DNA of 64,000 nucleotides from contig NC_086114.1 of assembly GCF_963921235.1 (NCBI RefSeq), positions 31,992,001 to 32,056,000 on the forward strand. The letters run 5' to 3'. Source of the stretch: Mobula hypostoma (lineage: Eukaryota). Made by a program: the position numbers and the translations under genes. A model generated the notes under the pieces. The model was given only the letters and a program-made list of their open reading frames with translations. It was not told the origin of the DNA and did not search any database. Below, in pieces: positions 50,451 to 63,394 of this stretch (the stretch's first letter is position 1; each line of letters starts with the position of its first letter).

Positions 50451-51118
50451 ACAGAGAATTGTGGACAAAGTTCAGAACATCAAGGAAACCAGCTTACCCT
50501 CCCTAGAATCTCCCAGTATTTTTTTGCTGGCTCGATAAAGCAGATAGCACAATTGAAGACTTCACCCATTCCAGACTTTCTTCTCCCCTCTCCCATCAGA
50601 TAGAAGATACAAAAGCCTGAAAGCATCTACCGCTAGGCTCAAGGATTGTTTCCACCTCACTGTTATAAGAATATTGAATGATTGCTTATGATAAGAGAGA
50701 ATCTTGACCTCATGGTCTACCTCATTATGATCCTGCACTGCACTTCCTGTGTTACACTTTATTCTACATTCCGTTATTGTTTTACCTTGTTCTACCTCAA
50801 TACACTGTGTGAAAAGTATTCAAGACAAGCTTTTCCCTATATCTCGATACATGAAACAATAATAAAGCAATTCCAATTTCAAGACACAGAGGATCAGGTA
50901 CAGAGCCATCCTATCAGAGCACCCTGAGTTACAATTATGTTCAAAAGTGGTTTTACCTCTGAGCAAGAGTGCCAACATACAATAGAGGCTGACTGAGTAA
51001 AACATCTCCAATCTGCTCCGCTCTTGACGGCCACAATCTTTCCTGACTTTATGTCATTTGTTCCCTCTGTGGCCCTGGAGCTGGTTTAAGGAAGACTTCA
51101 TTAAGTCTCCACAAGTTA

Positions 51119-51874
51119 AGGCTGATTTATACTTGTGCGAAAAAATGTACACCGTAGGTTCAGCGTAGTGGTGTACCTTACGCTGTACTCTATGCTGAAC
51201 CCTACGCCGTAGCCTAACGCGCACCTCTCCCAAAATGTAACTATGTGTCGCAGCGTTGCAGACCGCAACAACTGTAATTGGTCCGCTTGGTAGCAACGCA
51301 TTTCCTCCTACGCTGCAATAGCTTGCCATTGGGCGACTGAAGGGCAGGGAAGGAACTCTGGCTGCAATGCTTTCCATAAAGCTTTACAGACCTCCAAAAT
51401 TATGGAGGACCCTGTGCTTGACGCCAGTTTGTAGCTAGCTGCTACAGCCTGTTGACTTCCACCTGAAGCTAAAACTCGAATGGTGATTGCCAGTCTCTGG
51501 GTATACTGTGCGTACACTGATGCGAAATAAATGGTTGGAGACGATGAACCAAATCATCAAATCTACCTGCCAACATGTGAAAATATTTGAAATGCATTTC
51601 CTCGTCCATGTCTCTCAGTGGCCGGACAAGCACAGAAAATTCACCCTCCTTCAGTTTCAGTTGCCATTGTTTGAAGTTTGAGTTTCTTCGTGTCGAGTTT
51701 CAACACGAAGAAACTCAACACAGTGGCATAGAAACCCCACCGCCAACTAGCGTTTTGGCGATGAATTGCAGAGCGACGCAGACACACCAACGCACAAGTA
51801 TAAATGCTCACAATGGCGTAGCCCACTTGCGTAGGCTACGGCGTAAGCTAGTATGCACAAGTATAAGTCAGCCT
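51119..51874 (-). mobile_element. Non-autonomous PIF/Harbinger transposon (756 bp)
   Basis: TTA|AGGCTGATTTATACTTGTGC ... GCACAAGTATAAGTCAGCCT|TTA: 20-bp TIR with one mismatch and a 3-bp TTA TSD. Minus ORF 51308-51517 [13 protein letters not shown]...ST.SSII.EVCKALW is a Harbinger transposase HTH region. Confidence 0.92.
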
Positions 51875-52510
51875 TTACACAATTGCAAAACTAAATATTC
51901 TGCAGATATTTAGCTAAGTGTGCATGTGGGCCCTCCTATATCTGCAACACACTTTCCCAATGGTTCTTCAGCACTGGCCACGAGGTGAGTGTGAAGAGGA
52001 GCCCCTGGAGACGAAGGAAAACCAGCGAGTCTCTCGCACGTGCTGTTCTTATACTGTGCCCCAGAAGTGCCTGGAACCGGACACCGGTACTGTGCTGCAC
52101 AAGGCAACCAATAGGAAAGAGCTGCTGCATTCCCCAAACGGACCAATCAATGGCCGGCACAGCAGAAGTGGCTTCCAACTGGCAAGTAAACTAAACCTTC
52201 ACTTTCAAAAAATGACTTCAGTGTTACAACAATATAATGTGCATTGGTGGAACACAGAGCTTGAAATTACAATACCTTTGATAAGATGGACTCTTTGCCT
52301 CACAATCCAGCTTGTTATTTTCTTGCCTGCACCGCACTCTTTAAGTCGCTTTTACATTTTAGTCTGCATTGTCATTGTTTTGCCTTGGTCTGCCTTAATT
52401 CACTGTATAATCTGTAATGAAGCATATGCAAGATAAACTTTTCACTGTATCTTGGTACATGTGACTACAGTATAATAAACCAATACAAATATTTTCCATA
52501 CAGTCTAAAG

Positions 52511-52869
52511 TTCATTCGTTATGTGCCATGTCGTATGACATAGACAATCATGGTCTTTCCATGACCAAGATTGTTCCTGGCAAATGTTTCTACAGAAGTG
52601 GCTTGCCATTGCCTTCTCCTGGGCAGTGACCTCAGGTGACTGGTGATGGGCATATCAATATTCCTCAGAGATTGTCTGCCTGGCGTCAGCAATCGCTTAA
52701 CTAGAACTTGTGATATGCGTCAGCTGCTCACACGACCATCCACCACCTGCTCCCATGGCTTCACGTGACCCTGACCAGGGGGCGGGGGGCACTAAGCAGG
52801 TGCTACTCCTTGCCCAAGGGTGACCTGCAGGCTAGCGGAGGGAAGGAGAGTAGAGATGTATCACCACCC
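52511..52869 (-). mobile_element. RTE-type non-autonomous retroelement
   Basis: Minus strand contains GGAGAAGGCAATGGCAAGCCAC (Bov-A/RTE-like motif) and ends ...GGCACATAACGAATGAA. Imperfect flanking duplication AGTCTAAAG / AGTCTCAAG. Confidence 0.6.
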
Positions 52870-54227
52870 ATAGTCTCAAGCTATATTAGACTATCATCTG
52901 TTTCCTTTAAAGCAAAGCAGAATCCCTGTTGTTTTGGGATCAGATCTCCTAGGGGAAGGGAACCAAATAGCAGCCACCAGAGCAGATGGAAAGTTGATAG
53001 TAATTTTGTGCATTCTTACAAAAAAAACATAGTGTTTATCACAGAAGATGCACTTATGAACAAAGGCCTTTGAAAATCCAAAACATCTCCACAGCCCAGA
53101 GTCTGACAAAGTATCCAGCTTCAGACCGAGAATAGCATGCCAGTGGGCAAGCATGGTGTGATATTCTGATGAAGAGTCTCGGCCCATATCATTAACTGTT
53201 CCCCTCCATAGACTTGCTGAGTCAGCATTTTATGTGTTTTGCACAAGATTTCCAGCACCTGCACAATCTCATGTGCTTATGAAGTGATGTGAGTTGTATT
53301 TATGGCAGCTTCCAAAGAAGACCTGGCATCAGTGTTCATCTTATCCATTATCGCTGTAGTATCACCACTAGTACCTCCTGTCTCTGTTGGACCTACCCGG
53401 AAATGACTGAGCTCCAAGCTGCTGAAATGCACTTGCAGCCAACCCAAAGGTCACTCTAGTTCAAAGGTTCAAAGGTTCATTTATTATCGAAGTATGTATC
53501 TAAACAAACTCTAAGATTTGTATTCCCAGATAGCCACCAAACAAAGAAAGAACTTGAAAGTCGTTGAGAGAGAAACATCAAATCCATCCCCCTGCACAAA
53601 AAAGAATGGCATCCTGACCTGATCATCAATGCCCAAATTCCCTACCCCCGCACAAAACACAAGAACATAGCCCTCCACCCCTAATCATCTCCCCTGCACA
53701 AAACGGAACAAAAACATACACCCCAAACCCCACTCCCACAGAAGAAAAACTAGCAGAACACAACAGGAATATTAACCCCCAAACCCCCTCCCCCCGCACA
53801 ACAAAATGGAAAAGAAATAGGTGAGAAAACACAGAATATAAAAACTGTAAGTCTAAATAGGCTCCTTACAGACAAGGCAGGCAGTAGGCGCTGAACTCTC
53901 ACTAGCCTTCCGCATTCACTTCGCTGTCTTAATCTTCCTCGATGCTTTAATCGGTGATTAATGGATACCCTAATCGGTGAAATGCACCACTACTTTTAAC
54001 TTTGCTGCCTTTGATTTCTTCCAGCTGACATCACCCATAATAAATATGCTGTTTTTGTTAAGTAAAGTTCTCACTGAGCATCATAGAGTTATGGAATTGT
54101 GCAGTATGGAAACCAGGCCTTTCAGCCCACTGTGTGTATGCCAGCCTACCAACACCCATTTATACTATTCAAAGGTCAAAGTAACAAAGTACATTCTATT
54201 ATCAAAATACATATACTTTATACAACC

Positions 54228-54350
54228 AACACACATCAAAGTTGCTGCTGAACGCAGCAGGCCAGGCAGCATCTGTAGGAAGAGGTGCAGTCGACGTTTC
54301 AGGCCGAGACCCTTCGTCAGGACTAACTGAAGGAAGAGTGAGTAAGGGAT
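54228..54350 (-). mobile_element. Young 123-bp Penelope pLTR insertion with 14-bp TSD
   Basis: TACTTTATACAACC at 54214-54227 and 54351-54364. Confidence 0.88.
54289..54324 (-). ncRNA. Minimal type I hammerhead ribozyme motif (PLE-type), core intact
   Basis: Minus-strand RNA AGUC-CUGACGA-A-GGGU(CUCG)GCCU-GAAA-CG-UC^GACU: helix I AGUC/GACU, conserved CUGANGA and GAAA, loopless palindromic helix III (ACGU), GUC cleavage triplet. Confidence 0.75.
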
Positions 54351-55219
54351 TACTTTATACAACCTTGAGATTCATCTCCTTACAGTCAGCCACCAATTCC
54401 TACACTGATTCCCTTTTTTAAAAAATTCACCCCACATTCTAATCAATTTACAACCTCCTCACGTTGCACACAATGGACAATATACCAACCAACCCGCACA
54501 TCTGTGGGATGTGGGAGGCAACCAGAGCGCCTGAAGGAAGCTTATGCAGTCACAGGGAGATTGTGCAAACTCCACAGAGACAGCACCTGAGGTCAGGATC
54601 GAACTTGGGACACCTGCGTTCTGAGGCAGTGGCTCAACTAGCTTCACCTCTGAGCTGTTGGGTCATGCATCGGTTAGTGCTGCTGCCTCATAGCTCCTGC
54701 TCACACATTCACTCCTGGCCCTAGGTGCAATCTCTGCAGAGTTTTACCTCTTCCCTGTGTCTGAGGGGGTTCCCCTGATGTGCTCTAATTTCCTCCTACA
54801 TCCCAAAAATGTGATGATAGATAATTGGCTCTTGTAACTTACCACTGGGTACAGATGAGTGGATATAAATCAAAGAAACATCAGAATCAGGTTTATGATT
54901 ACTGACATTTATGTTGTGAAATTTGTTGTTTTGCAAATACACTGCAATAAATTAATTATACTAAAAATTACAACAAGAAATGCAGAAAAAATAAATCAGT
55001 AGCACAAAAAGAGAGCAAAAATTTTGAGTTAGTACTCATGCGCTCATAACTGTTCATAAATCTGATGGCAGAGGGCAAGAAGCAATTCCTAAAATGTTGA
55101 GTGTATGTCTTCAGGCTCTCATACCTCCCCCTTGATGGTAGTAATAAGAGAGTATGTTCTGAGTGATGGGAGTCCTTACTGATAGATGCTGCCTTTTTAA
55201 GACATTGCCTTTTGAAGAT

Positions 55220-55478
55220 CACCCGGCTGGTGGCGTAGTGGCATCAGTGCTGGACTTTGGGACGAAAGGTCCAGAGTTCAAATCCAGCCGGCTCCCCATC
55301 TGTGCTTTCCATCTGTGCTGGGTTACGAGATGGTGATCTCTTTGGAAACTCACCCAGCAGAAGGCAATGGCAAACCATTGCTGTAACTTGCCTCGTATGC
55401 GGTTCCCCACTAGAGAGGCATGGAGGGAAATCATCCGCTAACTGGAGAAACTCCGGATGCAACATACCATTCCTTTTC
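55220..55478 (+). mobile_element. Full-length tRNA(Pro-like)-headed SINE with RTE-type body and 12-bp TSD
   Basis: A box TGGCGTAGTGG, TGG anticodon-like loop, B box GAGTTCAAATCC, and GAAGGCAATGGCAAACCA. TSD CCTTTTGAAGAT at 55208-55219 and 55479-55490. Inserted into a minus Rex fragment. Confidence 0.85.
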
Positions 55479-57199
55479 CCTTTTGAAGATGTTCTTGATG
55501 CTGGGAGGCTCATACACATTCAGGGAGCTGGCTAACTTTCTAATCCACTGCAGCTTCCTCCGATCCTGTGTAGTGGCCCATCCATACCAGACAGCATGCA
55601 ACCAGTCAGAATGCTCTCTGTGCTTTATCTGCAGATATTTGCTAGAGTCTTTGGTGACATACGAAATCTCCATAAATCCCTACAGAAATATAGCTTGGTG
55701 TGCCTTCTTTGGAATTGCATCAATATTGAGACATGATTAGCATGTAGAACAAAATGAGTTGCAGGGATATAGGAGCACGAGAGGGTAATGGGAATGTTCT
55801 TCCTGGGAGCCAGCATGGATGGGCCGAATGGCTTCCCTTTATGTTGTCATAAGTAAGATGAATACTCCAATCAAAACAGAAAACTGAGACAGGTCTGATG
55901 AAGGTTCCCCGACCTGAAATATTAACAGTTTCTCTCACCACAGATGCTGCCTGACCTGCTGAGGTTTCCCAGCATTTTCAGTTTTTATTTCAGATTTCGG
56001 CATCTGCAGGTTTCTTTTCATTTTACATTGTATATTCTGACAGTCACACTCACGTCTTTCCCACTAAGCCCAAAATGTCGACTAACTTGATGAGTTCCTC
56101 CAGCGTTTTGTGTATGTTGCTCAATATTTCCAGCATCTGCAGAATCTCTTCTGTTTGTGAAGAAAACTGGCTGGTATTTTACTGGAACTTAGACGAATGA
56201 GGATGACCTCATTGGTACATTTAGCATTCTCGGGTAGACTGACATGGAGAATGCTGTGAAGCTGTTCTCTACATCAGCTGCCAGTAACTCTACAGTTGGT
56301 TACATTCAAGGATAATATAAATGTATTTTTGGACACTGCGATAACCTCTGGCAGTAGCTCCTGGGTGGGAAACATAGCCCGAGGCACAAAATCAACCATG
56401 ATTTCACTAAGTGGAGGACCAGACTTCTGACATTTGTATTGTTTTCTTTCAGTTTCAGTGCCTAATATTACAAGCCCATCTTATATTTAATTTTATACTC
56501 AATTATTTAACTACTGTGGACTGCCTTATCTCGTATTGTAACAAATTTTAAATCAATACCAATATTCAGTTATACAATGAGCGAAAGGTGAATTCAAAGA
56601 GCTGACCCACCATTGTTTTGAAATCATTTCAAAGCCAACTGTAGAAAGCATGCTTATGAGGACTGGTTGAGTGAGCTAGCTTGGGGAGGAAGAGGAATGG
56701 AGATGACTTGAAAAAGGTCCACAAGATGATAAGAGAGAAAGATGGACTGGGCAGCCAGATAACTTCTTTCTCAGGGTGCAATGGCTAATACAAGGGGACA
56801 AAACTTCAGGGTGTTGGGAGAAAAGTATAGACGGGATGTCAGAGGTAGATTTTTTCACACTGGGAGTGGCAGGTGCATGGAATGCATGGAGGGAGATACA
56901 TTAGGCACATTTAAGAAACTTTTCGATAGGTACATGGATGAAAGGAAAATGGAAGACCATGTGGGACGGAAAGGTTTAATTGATCTTGGATCGGCAAACA
57001 TCATGGGCCGAAGGATCTGTACTGTGCTGTACCGTTCTATATATTCATGTACTCTGTAAAGCCTCACTAACAACTTGGGATTTTGATGCTCGGGTCGATG
57101 CTTAATGAGAACTGCTTGTGAACTTGTCCCTCTTTTAACTTGTGGTGTTAAAGGAGCATTGTTGTCAGTTAGTTAGATCCAGTGCCTGCTGCATGAGTT

Positions 57200-57347
57200 A
57201 AACATAGAAACATAGAAAATAGGTGCAGGAGTAGGCCATTCGGCCCTTCGAGCCTGCACCGCCATTCAGTACGATAATGGCTGATCATCCAACTCAGAAC
57301 CCTGTACCTGCCTTCTCTCCATACCCCCGATCCCTTTAGCCACAAGC
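57200..57347 (-). mobile_element. CR1 3' end, same family as 2258-5049
   Basis: Close reverse-complement match to ~4900-5049. Confidence 0.88.
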
Positions 57348-58859
57348 GCCATTTGAGAGGACAGAATCAGCCCCATAAACTTACAGTATCCTCTCTATCA
57401 GTCCTTAGAATAGCCTCAAGGCACCTAGACTTTAGTTATCAAGTTGGCTGCTCTCCCCCTAGAACTTCCAAAGCAAGTTTTTAAAATATGAATAATTGCT
57501 TCATCCATTACAGATACAGTAGTAATCCATAATCTCAGCCAATTGAAAAGGATAATACTTCTCCTTCTTCATAGGCCCAGCTAGAATGTGATATATTTGA
57601 TCTACAGATTATAAGCAGCCTAGTTCTGTATAAACCAGTAGCAATTAACCCTCCCAAACTCAAATGGAACCTTTGGCTAATATTAAAATTAATTGAATGC
57701 TGTCTATAACCTTTTCTTTCTTTCTTGGAGATAATACTGTTACCATTATGCATCAAAGCAATATTCAAATCAAGGTTACACACTACAATCAGAACATTAA
57801 AAATTATCTGAAAGAAAATGCAGTTAACTACTTCAGAAAAGAAAGTTACACAGAGAAGAAACTGAAGGTATAATTTCCAAGCCAAATAAAGGACTTTACA
57901 ATACGTATCTGGCAACAACCCAGAGACAAGGCACTGCAAGAGCTAATGGAAACTTTGAGGACTTTTCTGTGTGACTTTTGGGTAAATTGTGGTTGAATCA
58001 GAGAAATCTTGCAAATATTTCTAAACACAATTCCAATGGACTATCCTACATGAAACAACTCATTTAAATGAGAACTTTGTCAAAATTATTATCTTGCTTA
58101 GTTTCATGAAATAATAAGGTTACAATTGAGCAGAAGTTTGTTCATACAGTTATACTGATTTATGATTATCAAGGCATGCTTGCTTTCATTAGTTGGGGCA
58201 TTAAGTGTAAAAGTCATGAAGACATCTTACAGCACATTTGGGATATTGTGAGAAGTTTTGCTTGTCATGCTATAGGAAGGATGTGGAGGCTTTGAAAAGA
58301 TTGTAGAAGAGGTTCACCATGATGTTGCCCAGGTTAGAGAGTACTAACTATAAGGAAAGGTTTAACAAACTTGGATTGTTTACTCAGAAATGTCGGAAGC
58401 TGAGGGAAGATCAAAGAGAGGTTTATGAAATTATGAGAGACATGGATAGGTTAGGCAGTCTGAGTCTTTTTCCAAGGGTGCAGATGTCAAATACTAAAGA
58501 TTTAAGGTAAGAGATGGAGATATAGATGACAATTTTTTTACACAGAGAGTGGTCGGTACAAAATACAAAAGCAATGTTTAAGAGGCATTCAGAATAGAGG
58601 CTAACCAGAGGAATATAGGGTCATGTACAATCAGATGGAATTAGTTTGTATTGGCATTATGGTTGGCACAGACATGGTAGAATGAGGGGCCTATTCCAGT
58701 GCTGTTACGTTTGATGTCAGGCAAAAACAAAGCCAATAAAACACACTTATAATTGGGTCATCCTTTGTTAATACGAGAACGATTAACCCAACCCCAGTCT
58801 CCTTCCTTGAGGAGCAGACTCAGTGGGGCAAATGGCCTAAACCCACTCCTATGTCTTAC

Positions 58860-59095
58860 GGTCTCTGATGTACATGGACGATCCAAACCACTAGTCAAGC
58901 TCAGAGATCTCCCCAGGATCCTTCCCAACATGACTAAGAACAGATTACTGCATGGGATCTTTCTGTGCACAAATCAGTGGGGAGTTTTCTGTCCTGTGAC
59001 AGCAACTACATTTTAGAAAGTGCCATCAGACACCCTGAGGTTGAAAAGATGTGATAAAAAGATATAATATAAATGTGATTCTTTCTTCCTTTTCT
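58860..59095 (+). mobile_element. Deu-domain SINE (SacSINE1/AmnSINE-like) remnant
   Basis: GGGATCTTTCTGTGCACAAAT Deu-like core and L2-like tail CCTGAGG...ATATAAATG..TCTTTCTT. Confidence 0.55.
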
Positions 59096-59164
59096 TTAAT
59101 ATAAGTAATATGCAGAACATGAAGTTTTTTACAACTTAGTCTCAATGATGCTGAGGCTTTTTCT

Positions 59165-61665
59165 TTTTTTTTGTAATTTATTTTTTATTGAATTTCATTA
59201 CCAAACAAAACATTTCCATAAGATGTATTTCAGATACTGTACATATATGTCATATGATCATATTTGTCACAAATCTCCACATAATATTTATCTGAGGTAT
59301 ACACTTATAGAAAGGAGAGGAAAGAAAGAACAATCGAAAGAAGAAAACTATGTAGAGTAGGGAGTGATCTTTTTTTTTACAACATATTCATTGACTTGTG
59401 AGAATAAAATCAGGCCTATAAGGTGTTATGTAGTTAAGCCATTTTTTCCAATATGAATAAAATTTTTCCAATCTATGATTAACAGATGCTGTTATCTTCT
59501 CCATTTTGTAAATGTCCATTGTAATTTCCATCCATACATTTAAAGTTGGGGTCTCCTGTGATAACCATTTCCTGGTAAGGGTGTTTTTACCAGTCCCCAG
59601 CAGTACATTCATTAAATATTTATCTCTTTTCAACCATTCTTGAGGTGTATACCCAAAATAAATGGTCTTACTCTCTAAGGATATTTCACATTTAAAGATG
59701 TCTTGTAGGGCATTATGTATCCCACTCCAATAGTCTTTGATAACGGGGCATTCCCAGAAAATATGGTAATAGTTTGCATTTTAATTTCCACAATTTCTCC
59801 AGCAAACGGCGGGGTGGGGGGGCTTACTATCATAATGGGATTTCTGAGAGGGTGTAATAAAATATCTTATCAAATTTTCCCACCTGAACTCCCTCCATTT
59901 CTGTGAACTGGTACACTTCCATTGATACCTCCATATTATTGTCCAGTCTTCCTCAGATATTATTATCCCTCCTTCCTTCTCCCATTTTGTTTTAATATAT
60001 TAAGTCGAATGTGTTTTAAGATTTGACAAACCCTTATAACACACTTGAAATTATTCTACTACCGTTGTCTGAATTATATGCTTTTCTAAATAGCTCTATC
60101 AAACACGTACTTGCCTTGGTTACATTTTTAACCGTCCTATTAACATACCGTCGCATCTGTAAATACCGGTAAAAGTCTTGTTTTTCTAATAAGTGTTTCT
60201 CCTTGAGCATTTCAAAACTGAACAGTGTTCCTTCTTTCATTATATTGCAGTTCAGTCCCTAAATCTAACATCCAGTTTATTCGGCGTAAAGTCCAAATCA
60301 TATGTACACCATTTAAGAATTGCAATGTCTCTCTCTAGTTTATATTCTTTTATAATAGTTTTCCATATTTTAAGAGTCCATTTCACCGACAGGCTGTCAA
60401 TATTACTTATATAACTTTGTAGGTTGTTATCAGCCAAAATTGCCTGTATGGGGATGGAAAGTATCCTCTCCTCAATGTTTTTCCATTGAGCGTCATATGA
60501 TGGGTTGCACCAGCATATCACGGCTCTCAACTGTGCTGGAAAATAATAATCTCTAAGAGAAGGTAGGCCCCATCCCCCCTTTTCCTTGGCTAATTGCAAA
60601 GTTTTGAGACGAACCCTAGGCCTTTTACCTTGCCATATATACCTTGATAGCATCTTGTTCCATTCATTGAATTGATTGTGGTTAATCTCTATTGGTAGGG
60701 TCTGAAAGAGATATAGTAGTCTGGGCGGTATACTCATTTTAATAGATTCAATCCTTGAACTGAGACCAAGAAAAGGAATTAGTTTCCATCTTGTTATATC
60801 TTCCTTAGTTTTTTTATATATAGACTGATAATTGCATTCTGATAATTTTGCCATATCTCTTGGCATAATGATGCCCAAATATTTGACGGACTCTGTTTGC
60901 CATGCCCAAGGATATCTACTTTCAATTTCTCTTGGTGGGCTATAGTTGTATGAAAGTAGTTGGGTTTTATCTATGTTGATCTTGTATCTTGATAATTGGC
61001 CATATTGTTCAAAGGATTGCATCAATTTAGGTAAAGAGTATGTTGATTGCCCTAGATAGATCAAAATGTCATCCACGTAACAGGCCAATTTATGCTCTGT
61101 CCCTTTAATAGTAATTCCCTTGATATCTTCATTTTGTCTGATGTATTGAGCTAATAGTTCCAGATATAATGCGAAGAGTAGTGGTGACCATGCACAACCC
61201 TGTCTCGTGCCCCTTTCTAGGGTAAAATTATTAGATAATTATCCATTAATTTTAATCCTGGCAGTAGGATTGTCGTATAGTGCCTGTATAGTTTTAATAA
61301 TTGTGAGTCATGTAGACCAAATCTATGTAAAGCTCTGTAAAGAAAATTCCAATTAACCGAATCAAATGCCTTTTCAGTGTCCATGCTTATCACTATTGCT
61401 TCAATTTCATTTTTTTATATGATCCATAATGTGAAGTGTCTTCCATATATTATCTTGTGTTTGGCGTTGATGTATAAAACCTGTCTGATCATTATGTATC
61501 AGTGTGGGTAGAAACTCTTCTAATCGTTTGGCCATGATGGAGGTAAATATTCTATAATCCACATTAAGATCAGATATTGGTCTAAATGACCCACATTCCA
61601 TTTTATCCTTGCCTTCTTTCAGTATGGCTGAGATTATCACCTCCTTCCAGCTGGGTGGCATTTGC
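59165..61665 (-). mobile_element. L1/Tx1-clade LINE, 5'-truncated, ORF2 fragmented
   Basis: FRPISDLNVDY, HNDQTGFI, YVDDIL (YADD), KINIDKT, VKYLGI and GGWGLP motifs. AATAAA plus poly(A) on the minus strand. 16-bp TSD TGCTGAGGCTTTTTCT at 59149-59164 and 61666-61681. Confidence 0.95.
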
Positions 61666-63394
61666 TGCTGAGGCTTTTTCTAACTCATTTCACGTTTACT
61701 CTATGCTGTTTTGCCAACACACTTCTGTCCGGGTTTAAATCCAATAATTAGCTTCCAAAATACAAACTGTGCATTGTGTTTTAAACTCAGTCGAGCCCAG
61801 CATCACTATTCATCAGGAAGGGAAAACGCTGGATGCACCTAGCAGTCAGGAAGGCCGTTTTGGGAAGTGAGGCTTCTGACAAAGGGGTCCACACTGAAAA
61901 TGTTAGCACATGCCCACCCCCTGTCCTGCTATCCACCATTATCTCCTGACCCTGGTTCAGTCCCAGTGGGATGTACACAAATATTTTTGCACATTCATGT
62001 CATTTGCTTCTTGGATATATTGGCAGTGTACACTTGAAGTACAGGGTTGGATGAATGCAAAAAAATTGACAGGTTCTTGATTAGTAAAATTGAAAAAGGA
62101 GAAGGAAGGAAAATTGGGTTGAAAGGGAATAATAAATCACCATGCTGTAATGGGAGAGCAGATTTGATGGGCTGAATAGCCTAATTCTGCTCCTATATCT
62201 TATGATCTTATGGAAAAAGCCTTCAAGAGTGAATCTAATGGTGCATGTGAGCTTCTAAGTACATATAGCTAAATATTTTGCATCTTCCATTCAAAATTAT
62301 TCAATGAGCAAAATAATCTAATCACAATATTTGTTTTATTTTAGAACTGAAAAAGCACTTACTTGTTCACAGAAAATGTCCTAACAGATACAGTAATAAT
62401 ACATCTACTTCTTCCCTGGCAAACAATGCATACATTTATATTGTATGCTACCAGACTGCAATTAAAATATTTGGCTTACTAACAAAGTGACTTGAGTGTA
62501 ACTACAGAGGAACGTGGCAATTATTGGAATAAAAGCCTGCTTACCTGGACTCTGCTGACTGGTACTGTGCATTGTTGAGGGAGCTCCTCAGTAGACATCC
62601 TATTAACCAATACCTGCCAAGTCTGGCACGACAATAAATGAGCTTTCAGTATATTTACCAAAATCCTTCATCAAATTGAACACTTCTTCTTTAAAGATTT
62701 ACTTATTTATTTGTCACATGTACATCAAATCATACAATGAAACGTGCCCTTTGTGTCAACAACTAACAGAGACTGCAGAAGTGCTGGGGGCAGCCTGCAA
62801 CTGTCACCATCCCCCTGGTGTCAATATAGCACGGCCTCAACTTACTAATTATCACCTGTTAGTCTTGGGAATGTGGGAGGATACAGGAGCAACCAGAGGA
62901 AAGCCACATGGTCAAGGGGAGAACGTATGAACACTTTAAAGACAGCGACAGGAATTGAACACCAATCTGTAAAACATTACGCTAACTGTGGTACCTCCCT
63001 AAAAAGGCATGCAGCAGAGGATGGTTCTTCAAATCCGCCTCTGCTGAAAGTGGAACAGCTCCAGCTTTCTGCAGTTTTCAGTAGTCCTTCTTCTTTGTTA
63101 CCACTTCACTGACTTTGGTGCCCGGAAGTGGACACAATTCTCTAGCTCAGTGCCAACAGGTGTTTTATAAAATATTTAGTATACCTTTTTGGCTTGAGTA
63201 TCAGCTTTTCCAAAGCCAGTTTCAAGGCTGTTTAAACTCTAGCTTGTTTTGAACTGTTTTCCCTCCACTGCCCAAGGATGCAATTAGCATGTTCTACTAC
63301 CATGGTAACCTGGCTCTATTCCTTCAGTTGTCTACACGTAGCATTGGTCCAGGTGTTTGAGCTATATGATCTGAACACTTAGTCATTAAAATTC

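Noticed and set aside
51918-52436. 172-aa ORF
   Set aside because: No recognisable motif, and its 3' part runs into a LINE 3' UTR remnant.
53590-53820. Spaced CCCCTGCACAAAA repeats
   Set aside because: They lie inside a minus-strand LINE-type 3' region (tail at ~53459-53483) and have irregular spacing; not an independent array.
55224-55295. tRNA-Pro gene
   Set aside because: The stems are imperfect, and it is followed by a SINE body and flanked by a TSD, so it is a SINE head.
56323-56340. GTATTTTTGGACAC resembling the start of the next exon (GIFGQ)
   Set aside because: There is no AG acceptor or continuing RhoGAP homology, and it lies in a decayed CR1 3' region. The next exon appears to be beyond the window.
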